Below, piece after piece: positions 19,501 through 27,525 of a DNA stretch of 64,000 bases (within the stretch, counting starts at the first letter, position 1; every line of letters begins with the position of its first letter). A model generated the notes under the pieces. The model did no database searches. It was not told the DNA's origin and saw only the letters and a list, made by a program, of their open reading frames with translations. Both the position numbers and the translations under genes were made by a program. Origin of the DNA: an uncultured Bacteroidota bacterium (lineage in GTDB: Bacteria; Bacteroidota; Bacteroidia; Bacteroidales; WCHB1-69); contig CACYHG010000001.1 of NCBI GenBank assembly GCA_902774175.1, positions 2,721 through 66,720 of the forward strand. The letters are read 5' to 3'.

Positions 19501-20322
19501 GGAATCGCCGGTCACACGTGTCATAAGGATCGTATCGTATTTTGTCTGTCCCTTTTTTGTCAGATAGGTGACACGCAGTTCGGGCTGCTCCAGCGGAACC
19601 AGCGTGCGGGTGGCAGCCTTTGCCATTATGGTATGCGGCCCCATCCCATACACAGTGCCGTTAACATACGGCGGTATAATCTCCACCAGCGGCGGTTTGA
19701 TTTCCGATGTGGCGGCCAGCAGTTCAAAATTGTCAATCATCCAGCCCCAGGCGAAATTGCTTCCGATCTGGGAGCTTTTCTTCAGTTTGAACTTGAACTG
19801 GACCTCAGCCAAAGCCACTTCCGAACTGATGTCGAATACCTCGGTCTGCCACCAGTGCTTTTCAGGTTCGGCCAACAGGTTGTTCTTCTCCCAAACCGCA
19901 TAACTGCTGTGGCTGAAAGTGCCGCGCCTGCGGTATGTTTCGCCGGAACCGAGATAACTGGAGGAGGGAACTGCGGTCCATTGCGCCCCAGGATAGTTCT
20001 CCTTGTACATCAAAGTGACCGCGTCAGAATCCGACACCTTGCAGATGTGGGAGAAACGGAGGATGATGTAACCGTACTTGGTGAAATCATACATGGGTGA
20101 GACCAACTCGATGGAATCGCCCTCTTCAGTCGGGACAAAGCCCCAAATGGCTTTCCCCGAAGTGCTTACGGCAGTATCAAACACCCATGCCGACTGCGGA
20201 GTCCGGGTGAAGGTGCAGCTGTTCTGCCTGTCGAAGTGCTCCGTAATGGTGATGCGGTTTTGCGCGTACAACCCCGCAACCATGCAGCACAATCCAATTA
20301 ATAATAGAGATAACTTCCTCAT
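10522..20322 (-). CDS. Giant T9SS-secreted protein: four ~550-aa beta-helix + Ig(CARDB-like) modules and a type A CTD
   Basis: Signal peptide MRKLSLLLIGLCCMVAGLYA; four CxxxxxGxYxVG...C(G/S)xxGxxT module heads; Asn-rich beta-helix coils; C-terminus QNIPNPA...LAAGVYYYSVEYRGERVVKKMNV typical of T9SS CTDs. Confidence 0.88.
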   Translation of the reverse strand: MRKLSLLLIGLCCMVAGLYAQNRITITEHFDRQNSCTFTRTPQSAWVFDTAVSTSGKAIWGFVPTEEGDSIELVSPMYDFTKYGYIILRFSHICKVSDSDAVTLMYKENYPGAQWTAVPSSSYLGSGETYRRRGTFSHSSYAVWEKNNLLAEPEKHWWQTEVFDISSEVALAEVQFKFKLKKSSQIGSNFAWGWMIDNFELLAATSEIKPPLVEIIPPYVNGTVYGMGPHTIMAKAATRTLVPLEQPELRVTYLTKKGQTKYDTILMTRVTGDSVWMGVIPKCPIGTQVAYTVFATDSVGNNASASSAYEIGRHWESNPQCVAVISIDTPAVGAVAGRKTPLAVTLQNRGVNDLLTATVEWSLNGVRQTPYQWKGTLEEGYSATVRVGSYTPTANHMDTIVVRVYGPNGYQTNPTADTLLVKRVFGCDNIPAGIYTVGKTSTPMNPARATVNEILDMIRSCGSAGNITIQLQKGTYAESLDLSDFMEYLSPGDTLTVTSQSGKPGDVVLTADSVTKPVVLMRNARNIVVSHLTLTGNESGVIIRDSNRNITVSDCRILLDTLSKTNTHYGIALLDVSAEHIRIEDNLIEGAYYGFFSNGLSGSRAVTDVDFNRNTVRSPYYGNKMTYTYFNTLNGNTVVARPAAAAAFYGLQMTSCSANEVSKNRILATTGVPASYGIYASNFNQDSSRSGLFANNEILFNSTAVSYGIYVAASEARFYHNTVVMYGAGASRAMYCNNSTRGMSMHFFNNMFVCYNAGYPAYITANNFIGSDIKLDFNNYYGNSYVGYLAGNRATLAAWTQYSKEQNAVNINPPFQDYTISGKCFVYNGLYCARMADVTDDILDSARSLQTVMGCYSAQALSVDAALTEFVGWPAYLSNSNPAPVSVRLLNAGGSNLTSVTIQWSVNGTVQTPFQWTGSLIPFADTVVKIGTYVPKGGHNNIVVWIGQVNGQSSDYSQEDDTLRNSIFACGAPLAGSYNVGGPKYDFVDLDEAYFVLNTCGLKSHVILRLAAGHYAAMKFTGTTIKGMSDTTTVTFTTQQDTDKVIIDGVTGTSYTTAWGICLDNDAAYYHFDNLILNCPNSYAGICVIGKSTNPAHHITISRCTIQMNPTTTGTQYGMYGTNGNANGRTHFQIYSNHFDGGARGLEFYCGKGAGHRIDSNLFTNQYQYGINIQNLSLTSISYNTIICRSEFSNANFFPFSVRVDSVSYACHNRIIADRFNFARCDGFYLSGSNVQRANDTAWIFNNEVRVRAACTSSILYGMYIASLQANVYHNSVYATVDSPTSSRNAYGLYAYYKDATRVVNIKNNLVIMQGGGSTNVYPLYLNVKDKRYQLDHNAFYSTSAGKQVGYIAKALTNFADIQAMDSNAVWGIPEYVNLKNNLQIIARPQFTCPALVKADIQGVARKKTTCMGAYDGVLLANNASLLAFASPAATSGVTGSSENVTVEVENRGDSVIRSLTLNWSVNGVAKPAVQWKGSIAPKAKEKISLGSFVWVAGVNRLEVVSSMPNGVADQIPEDDTLRADMYGCTYAPLKGKYLVGGSGAHFNSLNDALHALRNCGIAGPVTMAIASGNYPAIEQTNLFPGSSETNMVTFTSQSGKASDVVIGAADPKAVSLNTVSYVIFENLTIGNPVVSQVGVELAGVNKDLYFKHCVICADTTSTSGAYAVSVASGTTNDGVHFIGNHMDGGYTNFNSAANGNGAGLVLDSNLMTNAYRYGISNSGGSYMHLITHNEIRCRKNTTANYTAINWGSSSKFDTVGSNRIRLETAGGQAIGMFVGVSVRNGACWVVNNEFFINSTGSSMNIGMRYDVSGGAGAVGGWVNFVHNTFAVFGKGASHAMYHISTTSGSADSYTPSKPAKVMYNNLYTSGTSNSNLLYFDIAKFAAAPYREFDYNNYYTNGQNLAMIGGTAAISVSDIALLTLKDAHSVAEEPLFVQYPNSLHTDGKRMLVVTDTLMARRDLDNMLRPLTGFTNIGCYHDYKPNKYDVKMDAIVAPSQYVSVGKSANVEVTITNMGTDKLDSVEIHWSATGTLMPAYKYYGSLAYGEQSKPITIGSFMPVGGTNTLVAWVEKPNGGTDGNHDNDTVSIQIMGCDSALAGTYRVGKSASAKYRDLNIAIQALNYCGISGPVTFEIESGLYAGATIEGEIKGSSAKNTVTFVSVAKDKSMVVIGGDETVGMTLNKTGNMIFKHLTIGSTTAGERGVRFLGKINNVTFNHCALCASENVSKGEVVSYENKDAKTDYMIDVRLVANEIRGGAVGVVLIASGGNVENCMAGAKDRSTVIVDSNIFINNGSCAFEAHEFNHIASFSHNQISTREGTRDFTGALFAEYNLVDSVIGNKIRMHTTSGSYGIMFQNFVNSEDFGKKVDPVFVANNEILCADGSSAYGMLLSMANVRLMHNSIYAGNSGSNYGILMEKFDKGYQFSMDNNIIVCANGKENYAIYTYEADLMTTLSASADYNDYYNPSDTNVFFCGKNVLALSQWRRDYGIDKNSVSNDPHFADPTVDLTIRQFTEPLKCQRNTLVPQDINGAARTKLTVMGAYGTPLYEGNDLAVDAFVEPVLEEIPCVPNATPVKVCIYNQGTNEIDFAVSPMKLYLKCESDSVNIVTNITVSKGKLGVMGRDTFEVIPNLDITYLGLYKLTSWLECTKNEQAYNDTLRLDYQVNKTILPYENNFSSAFHGVKMNQAYGDISWEVTGSNPVINPAFGTGSLLFRSSEGRGSISSALFSSVRLQGSYRPQLYFWYAHDNANPNMRDQMDVRISQDGGATFRTIYTTYRYDAQYSKPTWVRHHIDLSKYNTGTCIVLAFTGYSYGGGDQTIDQVKIVAMQDMQLTVDAPADSDFYACNLTGHTLTAYLENLTSQEVPFEAGDSITVEMSGASNFVYKKALTGRLEDYEIDTLQLGPIDYSAAGQFEVKVYVTSVDSNTANDTVRFSLNLNPDLAVTKFDVIGFKEPGDTLHVGFTMKNVGNLEIVSPFEVRAVVNGSDTLTERVTATLPVGATMHYRFQQAVTVPPTTADQPYYLIDVYAVLPCDANSSNDSVRIIGNVNIVDNGILSIITPAATPCAMGGEMAKVEVRLYNNGNVDGADSLVLTAVIDSAGVAFATLTEKVAPLFVGENRNYTFKQQYRVPRLSVKGAQAAYNVTVCLGAADGDIDLGNDTAKVEACVQGGVGVEEVDADRWTVGQNIPNPAADMTRIPYSIPEAGVLTLRIMGMNGQVLYREEIAAEAGSGDIRVNLSDLAAGVYYYSVEYRGERVVKKMNVTR

Positions 20323-20365
20323 TGTTTTTGTATTAGAATAATAAAAATAATTATTTTTCAATTTG

Positions 20366-20373
20366 CAAATATA
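20366..20373 (-). promoter_or_regulatory. -7 promoter element for the giant T9SS gene
   Basis: TATATTTG(CA) matches TAnnTTTG. Confidence 0.55.
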
Positions 20374-20417
20374 AACAAAAAAGAGATACGCGCATTACTG
20401 TTGAACAGAAAAAAGCA

Positions 20418-21773
20418 TCATTTCCTTTCCAAAACATCCAGACAGGACCTGGCGGCGGCAATCCATTCCGAATCGACACCAAGCTGCTCCGCAACGCGCA
20501 ATGCCTCCAGCGGCACCTCGCCATTCCCAACCTCTATTAGGGAGTAGTCCATTTTGCCCTGTGCAAACCCTTTAACTTTCAGGCAGCGGCAGTTATGGTC
20601 ACCGACAACGACATAATGGGTTGCCATCAACAGGCTGACGCCGCGCTGACGCAAAATCTGAAGCAGTGCGGAAACCAGAGCCGTACCCTCAGTCGGATTT
20701 GTGGTGCGCGCCGGCTCGTCCAAAAGAGCCAATAAACGGACACCGCGTCTGGAGGCTCTGATCAGCCCGTCGGTCATCTTCATCTCCGCCGCAAAGGAGG
20801 ACAATCCCTCCGTAACGGACTGGTGGTCGCCGATGCAGAAATGGATTTCGTCCTTGAGGGCAATCCTTGCCTGCACCGCAGGTATGCCAAAACCGTACTG
20901 GCAGAGATACTGGCACAACGCCACACTTTTCAGCACAACACTCTTCCCGCCCATGTTCGCCCCAACAATCAGCGTGGGACGGCTGTCGAACGAAATGTCC
21001 ACCGGCTGGAATTCCTTTCCGGAGGCAGCCAGCAGGTCACGCACCTCCGGATGGAACAACCCAACATAGCTGCAACCGCCCTCATCAGAAATCTCCGGAA
21101 TGCACAATCCGTAACGCAGCATCAGCGCCGCCTTGGCCATCAGGATGTCCGCATGAGCCATAGCCTGTTGCGCCGCCTCGAGTGCGGCGGCAAAAGGTTT
21201 CAGTTGCACACAGAGTTCCTTGCGAATCCTTGCCTCCTCCTCGTTCACCAGAAGCATCAGCTCCTCCTGCAACTCGCCGGATTCGCGCCATTTTCTCCGC
21301 AACTCTGCAAGCCGCGCCGAGTAGGTGTCATACACATAGAATGTGGCCATCCGCAAACCGTCCGGATCCAGAATCCGTATCACCTCCTCCACATCCGGAA
21401 AAGGCAGCTGCCCAGAAAGGCCGAGACGCTGCAGCAGGCCCGCAGCCTCCGATGCCGAAAGCGCCAGGAACTTCACCTCATAAAGCTCAAGGTCATCCAG
21501 ACACTCCGAAGCGGCCAGACGGGAGATTGTATGGCGGATATCCTTCAGCCCCATCAGTTTGACACGCAGGGAATCCAGCACCGGAAGTTGCGCCGCATCC
21601 GCGCAGACCGCAGCAAAGGCACGCAAACGCGCATAGGTTCCGGCAAGCGCGGCAGCCTGCGTGCAAAAGGGTGTCTCCAACAGCACACGGCGTGCATAGG
21701 AGGATTGCAGCTCAAGCTGCTCCAGCATATAGTCAAGCCCGCACGGGCTGTCAAGAGATTCTTTCAACTGCAT
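20418..21773 (-). CDS. kamC: MutS-domain ATPase of kam clusters (KamC-like)
   Basis: Walker A GANMGGKS, GLSSFAAEM, LLDEPARTTNP and ATHY. Lacks the MutS mismatch-recognition N-terminus; kam gene context. Confidence 0.8.
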   Translation of the reverse strand: MQLKESLDSPCGLDYMLEQLELQSSYARRVLLETPFCTQAAALAGTYARLRAFAAVCADAAQLPVLDSLRVKLMGLKDIRHTISRLAASECLDDLELYEVKFLALSASEAAGLLQRLGLSGQLPFPDVEEVIRILDPDGLRMATFYVYDTYSARLAELRRKWRESGELQEELMLLVNEEEARIRKELCVQLKPFAAALEAAQQAMAHADILMAKAALMLRYGLCIPEISDEGGCSYVGLFHPEVRDLLAASGKEFQPVDISFDSRPTLIVGANMGGKSVVLKSVALCQYLCQYGFGIPAVQARIALKDEIHFCIGDHQSVTEGLSSFAAEMKMTDGLIRASRRGVRLLALLDEPARTTNPTEGTALVSALLQILRQRGVSLLMATHYVVVGDHNCRCLKVKGFAQGKMDYSLIEVGNGEVPLEALRVAEQLGVDSEWIAAARSCLDVLERK

Positions 21774-21796
21774 GGCCTAAAAATAATAACTTTGGT

Positions 21797-22951
21797 TTAA
21801 CACTCCGAACCGACATACTTCAGGCAGTTATCGACCGAATTGGCATAAATGTCCAGCAAAATGCCGCGCAACTCTGCAGTGTCACAGTCTGAAAAGGCGG
21901 TCACCTTTGCCAGATGCATGTGGAACATCTCCTCTTTCTCCTTATCATAAAAAGCTGAATACCGTCTTGTTCCGCTACGGATATCATGTGCGATATAATG
22001 GGTTGGCATAAGGTGGAAAGCGGAATTGATACGCCTGTCAAGCATGGCTGCCGCCTCCTGGAAAAAGACTGTCTTCTCCGGATTCAGCGACTGCCAGTCA
22101 TTCACGGTCAGAGGCTTGCAGACCTCAAGGTGCACATGTCCCTTGGGCGAAAGGATGCCTCCCACCATGCTCTGCAAATCCTCTCCGGGAGCCTTCACAT
22201 AGCCGCCGTTCCGACGTGTCTGATACAGTTCCACAGCCTTCTGTATGTCGCATGTCTCCCACTCGTATGAAATGGATACCGGCACAATATGCAATGCCGA
22301 CATCGAGGCGGCCAGATCGGTTCCCCCACTGAGGGAAAACATCTTCAGGACAGCCGGATCGGTCGCATCAAGGCCGTTTTTCGTGCGTCCGTTCCGCTGG
22401 GCTATCCAGATGGAGCCGCCGCATTCCGTGACGATATGCCTGATATAGGCGGAAAGGTGGGTCATGTTGCGGTAGAAGTCCATCCTGCCGCTGCCGCTTC
22501 CGTTGCGTTCGGTCCGGAACATCTTAAGGCTTTTACCCAAATCGGCAATCAGAGGATTGTTCATAAGATTGGCCCCGAACGTGATGTGACAGACCTCATG
22601 CCCATACTGGTTCAGAACATATTGCAGTATTGCAGCATCAAGCACAATATCACGGTGGTTTGAGACGAAAAGGTAGGGCCGTCCGATCTCCAACTGTTCA
22701 AAACCGGCTGTCGTGAACTGCGTGGTGCTGGTCTCCAGAACCCGTTTCACAGCATCCTTGCCCAATGTGTGCAGGAGTTCGTCACAATTCTTTACGGAAG
22801 AAATGCGCCGGGCCACAGTCTGAACCGGTTCACCGGGATATACATAGGCTGCGATGGCAGGCATGATCTCACTCCCGGCTATGCGATTCACAGCCTCCGG
22901 AACCTCCTGTTCATTGTAGGGTCTGATATCGTCGAAATTTTCAGTCGGCAT
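21797..22951 (-). CDS. Glycerolipid acyltransferase (PlsC-like)
   Basis: HX4D motif NHRDIVLD; WIAQRNGRTK. Confidence 0.8.
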   Translation of the reverse strand: MPTENFDDIRPYNEQEVPEAVNRIAGSEIMPAIAAYVYPGEPVQTVARRISSVKNCDELLHTLGKDAVKRVLETSTTQFTTAGFEQLEIGRPYLFVSNHRDIVLDAAILQYVLNQYGHEVCHITFGANLMNNPLIADLGKSLKMFRTERNGSGSGRMDFYRNMTHLSAYIRHIVTECGGSIWIAQRNGRTKNGLDATDPAVLKMFSLSGGTDLAASMSALHIVPVSISYEWETCDIQKAVELYQTRRNGGYVKAPGEDLQSMVGGILSPKGHVHLEVCKPLTVNDWQSLNPEKTVFFQEAAAMLDRRINSAFHLMPTHYIAHDIRSGTRRYSAFYDKEKEEMFHMHLAKVTAFSDCDTAELRGILLDIYANSVDNCLKYVGSEC

Positions 22952-22953
22952 GA

Positions 22954-24258
22954 TTAGTTATTCTTTCGTAAATCAATAAATTTTATAGGTTTGCGGCTTT
23001 TTGCAGGATAGTTTATCCGCTGGATCTCCGCCACCGGAAGCACCTCCACCTGAGGAGCCACACGGATACGGGAACGGAAACTGTCCTTCAATTCCTTCAC
23101 AATCCCGACGTCAACCCCCTCGCGCAGCCCGATTTTCACCGTAACATCATCGGTGCCGGCATCGTTGGTGCTGACCTCTATCACGTAGTTTTCGATGTAT
23201 TCCTGATTGTCCAGCACATCGTTTATGGCAGGCGGATACAAAGTGGTCCCTTTCAACTTGATCATGTTGTTCTTCCGGCCAATAAGCGGGGTCAGCCGGT
23301 AGGAATTCCGGCCGCATTCGCACTGTTCCGTGCGTTTGCAGGCGATGTCGCCGGTTCGGAAACGGAGCAGCGGCATCCCCTCCACACCCAGTGTGGTGAC
23401 AACTATCTCACCGGCCTCACCGTCCGGCACCGGCATGTCATCCTCACCTATAATCTCAACAATAATCAGTTCCGGATGCACATGACCTCCCCTTCCATAT
23501 TCGCATTCGGAAAAGGTGGCGCCCATCTCCGTGGAGGAATAGGTGGCGAACAGCTGCACATCCCATTTTTCACGGATGCGATTCCCCAACAGGTTGAGCG
23601 AGAAATCCTGGTTACGGAGCCCCTCCCCGATACCGATGATACGACGGATACTGCTGTTCCGGTAATCAATGTGATGCTCTTCTGCATACTGTATCAGTTT
23701 AAGGATGAATGAGGGCACGCACATGACCGTGTCGGGTTGCAGCCGCATGATGGTGTCCCACTGCAATTCAGGAATTCCGTTGCCCACACGTATCACGGAG
23801 GCTCCCATCTCGCGGATACCGAGGAAATAGGCCAGCCCCGCCATGAAACGCTTGTCCAAGGTGGTCATCAGCTGTACGATGTTGCCCGGCTTGAGTCCGG
23901 CGCATTCGAACGACTTCTTCTCATTGTAGGCCAGACGCTGCAGATCCTTCTCCGTGCAGGCGAAAGTGACCGGATCGCCCAATGTGCCGGATGTTGTTAT
24001 GTAGTCAATGATCTTTTCCTTTGGACAGCAGAGAAAATCCTGGTTGAAAAGCTGCAGGTCCTTCTTTTCCGTAAAAGGGATTTTGACCAGGTCCTCAAGA
24101 TGCCTTATCTTATTGACATCTATGCGATAACTTCCAAACATCTTCCGGTAGTAGGGCGATTTTGCCTGCAAATAGGCCAACGCCTCCGCCAAACGCGTCT
24201 CCTGATATGTTTTTATCTCCTCCGCAGATTTGAATTCTATATCATCTGAAATTTTCAT
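22954..24258 (-). CDS. Phenylacetate-CoA-ligase-family aryl-CoA ligase
   Basis: TTSGTLGDP, YSSTE, RFRTGD; BGC context. Confidence 0.88.
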   Translation of the reverse strand: MKISDDIEFKSAEEIKTYQETRLAEALAYLQAKSPYYRKMFGSYRIDVNKIRHLEDLVKIPFTEKKDLQLFNQDFLCCPKEKIIDYITTSGTLGDPVTFACTEKDLQRLAYNEKKSFECAGLKPGNIVQLMTTLDKRFMAGLAYFLGIREMGASVIRVGNGIPELQWDTIMRLQPDTVMCVPSFILKLIQYAEEHHIDYRNSSIRRIIGIGEGLRNQDFSLNLLGNRIREKWDVQLFATYSSTEMGATFSECEYGRGGHVHPELIIVEIIGEDDMPVPDGEAGEIVVTTLGVEGMPLLRFRTGDIACKRTEQCECGRNSYRLTPLIGRKNNMIKLKGTTLYPPAINDVLDNQEYIENYVIEVSTNDAGTDDVTVKIGLREGVDVGIVKELKDSFRSRIRVAPQVEVLPVAEIQRINYPAKSRKPIKFIDLRKNN

Positions 24259-24264
24259 GCTATA

Positions 24265-25125
24265 TTAAAGTCTTTTTATCCAGTTCAAAAAAATGTTTTT
24301 CCATTGCCGGCTCTCCTCCGTGCCCTTGCTCTCGCTCGCGCCGAAGCCGTGGCCTCCGGTCCGGTATTGTATGTACAAATGGTTTACGCCCTGCGCGGTC
24401 AGCGCGGAATCGGCCAGCACAGAATTGCGGTAGTCCACCACAGGGTCATCCAAGCAGTTGAGCAGGAAAACCGGCGGACAACCTGCAGGGATGTGCCGCT
24501 CGATGGAGAGCGAATCGCGCATCCGGAGGTCGTTCTGCCGCCGCTCCCCCAGCAATGCCCGACGGGAACGCTTGTGCGTGCAGGGATCGCTCATGCTCAC
24601 CACCGGATAGATGGCAGCCACGAAGGCGGGATGTCCGTCTCCGTAGCAGGCCTGCGACAACGCAAGATGCCCGCCAGCCGAAAAGCCCATGACACCCACG
24701 CGGCCGCTGTCAATGCCGAATTCCGCCGCATGCTGTCTTACCCAACGGAGAGCAGCCTCCCCGTCATGAAGCATGTCGGGATGCTGATGTCCCCGGAAGA
24801 GGCAGCGGTAATGCGTGGCCCAGGCCCACCATCCGGCCACACGGTAGCGCAGCACAAAGGCGGAGATGCCGTTGCTCTGCAGCCATTGCGCCACACCGGT
24901 GCCTTCGGTCTCCATGTCTAACCAGCAGTAGCTGCCGCCGGGGCATACCACCACCGCCACTGTGGAACCCTCCGCCACGTATGGCGTAAGCGTCACCTTG
25001 CCTTTGCCGTACAGCTGCACCGGCTGCTGCGACTGCACCGGCACCGCACAGACAAAAGCCAGCACCCACAGCATCAACCGCAAGGAAAACCGTCCACATT
25101 TCAAACGCACCTCTTTTTCCAACAT
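24265..25125 (-). CDS. Secreted alpha/beta hydrolase (esterase)
   Basis: Signal peptide; CPGGSY oxyanion loop; GFSAGG nucleophile elbow; GGHGF. Confidence 0.85.
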   Translation of the reverse strand: MLEKEVRLKCGRFSLRLMLWVLAFVCAVPVQSQQPVQLYGKGKVTLTPYVAEGSTVAVVVCPGGSYCWLDMETEGTGVAQWLQSNGISAFVLRYRVAGWWAWATHYRCLFRGHQHPDMLHDGEAALRWVRQHAAEFGIDSGRVGVMGFSAGGHLALSQACYGDGHPAFVAAIYPVVSMSDPCTHKRSRRALLGERRQNDLRMRDSLSIERHIPAGCPPVFLLNCLDDPVVDYRNSVLADSALTAQGVNHLYIQYRTGGHGFGASESKGTEESRQWKNIFLNWIKRL

Positions 25126-25158
25126 TTATCGTCTGCCTTATTGCAAATTACAAATTTG

Positions 25159-25166
25159 CAAAGGTA
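25159..25166 (-). promoter_or_regulatory. -7 promoter element (esterase-ligase-acyltransferase-kamC unit)
   Basis: TACCTTTG(CA). Confidence 0.55.
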
Positions 25167-25277
25167 CTTGAAATTTGAATGCGGATTACTGCTTTTATAT
25201 ATATAAATCGTTATATATAATTATATCAGCGAGTTGCGATTAATTTAAACTGTTTTGTAAAAAGCTGTCGGAAAAAA

Positions 25278-26261
25278 TTAGGAATCCACCTTCCTGTACA
25301 TCTGCAGCATATTCATGGTAGTCCAGATGGTTGGGGTCAGAGCCTCATCGGTCATGACCGCATCCAGGCGGGAAACGTGGCCAGCAAAAACCTGATCCAC
25401 AAAGCAGCAGAACAGCTCAGCAGAATTTGGGAACCAGCCTGCCACTTCGTGGCCGATACCTTTGAAACGGATAATCCAATGTGGAAAATCCTGTTTGTTG
25501 AACTGTTTGGAAACATTATTGGAACCGTTCATGCCCGAGCTAAACGGCAACCCGAAATGCTTATATGCAACAATCTTATCTTCAATACCATGCATAAAAA
25601 GTGTGGGTGCGGGCGGAGCGGCATACCTCAAATCGCGCTTACGGCAGACAACGCCTCCCGCATAAGGGACAATAGCGGCTGGCTTCCACCCTTCAGGCAG
25701 GAGAGCGGCAGGCGGCAAAGCATTGGCACGGCAATAATCAAGCTGCAGCACCGTGATGGCTCCTGCGGAATTGCCTGTAAGAATGATTTTTGATGTATCT
25801 ATGCCCAACTCCGTCGCATGTGCGCAAACCCATGCGATTGCAGCGGCACAATCCTCCACCGCAATATCAACGCAATAGCTGAACAGATCGTCAATTTTCA
25901 ACAGCCCCTGCAACTCGGAAACCTTCGCACTGTCCTTCAGCCCCAAGCGGTAATCAATACTGATGACGACAAAGCCCCGTTCACTCAGTATCCGCGCCGT
26001 CTTGCTCTGAAGGCTGTCATCGCGTTTCCCCATGACAAAACCTCCGCCGAACACCGAAACAACGGCAGCATGGTCTTCCCGCGGGTTGGCGGGATGATAC
26101 ACATCCAGATAAAGTGTGGAATCCCGCTGCACGAATGGAAAGGTCTCCTTAGTCTGCCCCTCCGCCTTCCCGGCAGCCGAAAGCAGCACTATGACCGTCA
26201 ACAGACTCTTGAAAAACAGTTTTTTGAACATGCTTGAATATTCCTTCTTGTTTTTTCCCAT
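25278..26261 (-). CDS. Secreted alpha/beta hydrolase (carboxylesterase family)
   Basis: FGGGF, GNSAGA, MHGIEDKIV, GIGH; signal peptide. Start may be the Met at 26231. Confidence 0.85.
   Translation of the reverse strand: MGKNKKEYSSMFKKLFFKSLLTVIVLLSAAGKAEGQTKETFPFVQRDSTLYLDVYHPANPREDHAAVVSVFGGGFVMGKRDDSLQSKTARILSERGFVVISIDYRLGLKDSAKVSELQGLLKIDDLFSYCVDIAVEDCAAAIAWVCAHATELGIDTSKIILTGNSAGAITVLQLDYCRANALPPAALLPEGWKPAAIVPYAGGVVCRKRDLRYAAPPAPTLFMHGIEDKIVAYKHFGLPFSSGMNGSNNVSKQFNKQDFPHWIIRFKGIGHEVAGWFPNSAELFCCFVDQVFAGHVSRLDAVMTDEALTPTIWTTMNMLQMYRKVDS
26100..26156. repeat. 57-bp direct repeat, copy 1
   Basis: CACATCCAGATAAAGTGTGGAATCCCGCTGCACGAATGGAAAGGTCTCCTTAGTCTG, identical to 28078..28134. Confidence 0.95.
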
Positions 26262-26354
26262 TTCCGTTCAACTTATTATAGGTGACCTCTAAAAATTCCG
26301 CGCTTTATATCAAATGAATGATTCCAAGGAAAAGTTTTTACGCCAATACCAGAA

Positions 26355-27509
26355 TCAGAACAAATCATTCAGGCATACTTCATTTTGTATCTCTCCGCTA
26401 TAGGCGTTATGCGCCAGACCATCCGTTGTCACAAGGACGGTGTGAAGCGCCTTTTTGGTTTTTGTGACCTCCTTGAACAGCGTTTTCCGCCTGTCCAGTG
26501 TCGCCTGATAGGCTTCAGTGATGGCAAACTTGCCGGTTGCATATTTCATTTCGCAGAGGTCGATGATTCCGTCACTGCGGTCAATCAGCAGGTCAATCTG
26601 TGCGCCTTCTTCCTTTTTCCCCACCTCTTCCAACTGCTTTTTGGGGATGTGCCGCCATGCGTACTCGTTGGTCAGTACGCCGCTGATGCCGAGTTTCCGC
26701 TTGATCTGGTCGGTGTGGCAGAGGCAGACCCGTTCAAAGGCCCGTCCGCACCAGTTGTTGTACTGCGGTTTGCCCTCCATGAGCTGCCAGAAGTTCCGGC
26801 CGTGCCGTTTGCCTTGGATGAACTCATAATAGAACAGGGTGTAGTGGTCGGTCAGCTGGAATATCTCATCCCTCAACTGCCTGCCAGGCATGGGATAGCT
26901 CCGGATGAAGCCGCACCATTCAAGGTCGTTCAGGATTTCTGTCAGGGTGCCGTTATCGCCCAATTTCCCTTTTTCAATGATTTCCTTCCGGGTCAGCCCC
27001 TCCTTTTTTCCGGCCAGCAGTCCGATGACCTTGATATAGGGTTCCGGTTTTTTGAAGAGGGAGGCATACAGCATGTTGAATTCGTCGTACATGTCCCCAT
27101 CCTCCGAGAAAATCAGACGGTCAATCTCCTGTGTCAGACTGGCCCCTTTCTTCAGCAGGTTCCAGTAGTAGGGGACACCGCCGAATATCATGTAACCGTT
27201 CAGAATCTGCTTCCGGGTCATTTCAATGCCATGCGACTTCATCATCTCTTCGCACAGAGCGAGCGGGAAAGGTTTCAGCGCGATGCGGTGTGTCAGCCGG
27301 TTGTGCAGGCCGCCTTTGTTTCTGATGATTTTTTTCACCATCCATGAGGTGGCGCTGCCGCAGATTACGAAGACAATGTCTTTCCTTGCCGACGCCCACC
27401 CGTTCCAAAAGGATTCGAGTTCGGAGAGAAAACCGGAACGCGGTGCGTCCATCCAGGGCAGTTCGTCCAGAAAGATCACCTTTTTCCCTTTTTCTCGTCC
27501 GATCAGCAT
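26355..27509 (-). CDS. ATPase/wHTH/PD-(D/E)xK (DUF234-like) protein with an apparent in-frame deletion of Walker A
   Basis: MLIGREK is joined directly to Walker B KVIFLDELPW; ICGSATSW; FGGVPYY; C-terminal QIDLLIDR...LCEMK. Confidence 0.75.
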   Translation of the reverse strand: MLIGREKGKKVIFLDELPWMDAPRSGFLSELESFWNGWASARKDIVFVICGSATSWMVKKIIRNKGGLHNRLTHRIALKPFPLALCEEMMKSHGIEMTRKQILNGYMIFGGVPYYWNLLKKGASLTQEIDRLIFSEDGDMYDEFNMLYASLFKKPEPYIKVIGLLAGKKEGLTRKEIIEKGKLGDNGTLTEILNDLEWCGFIRSYPMPGRQLRDEIFQLTDHYTLFYYEFIQGKRHGRNFWQLMEGKPQYNNWCGRAFERVCLCHTDQIKRKLGISGVLTNEYAWRHIPKKQLEEVGKKEEGAQIDLLIDRSDGIIDLCEMKYATGKFAITEAYQATLDRRKTLFKEVTKTKKALHTVLVTTDGLAHNAYSGEIQNEVCLNDLF

Positions 27510-27525
27510 GGTCTTGTAATTTTTG

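Noticed and set aside
20418-21773. DNA mismatch repair MutS
   Set aside because: Only 451 aa, with no mismatch-recognition or Smr domain; fits the KamC-type MutS-domain protein.
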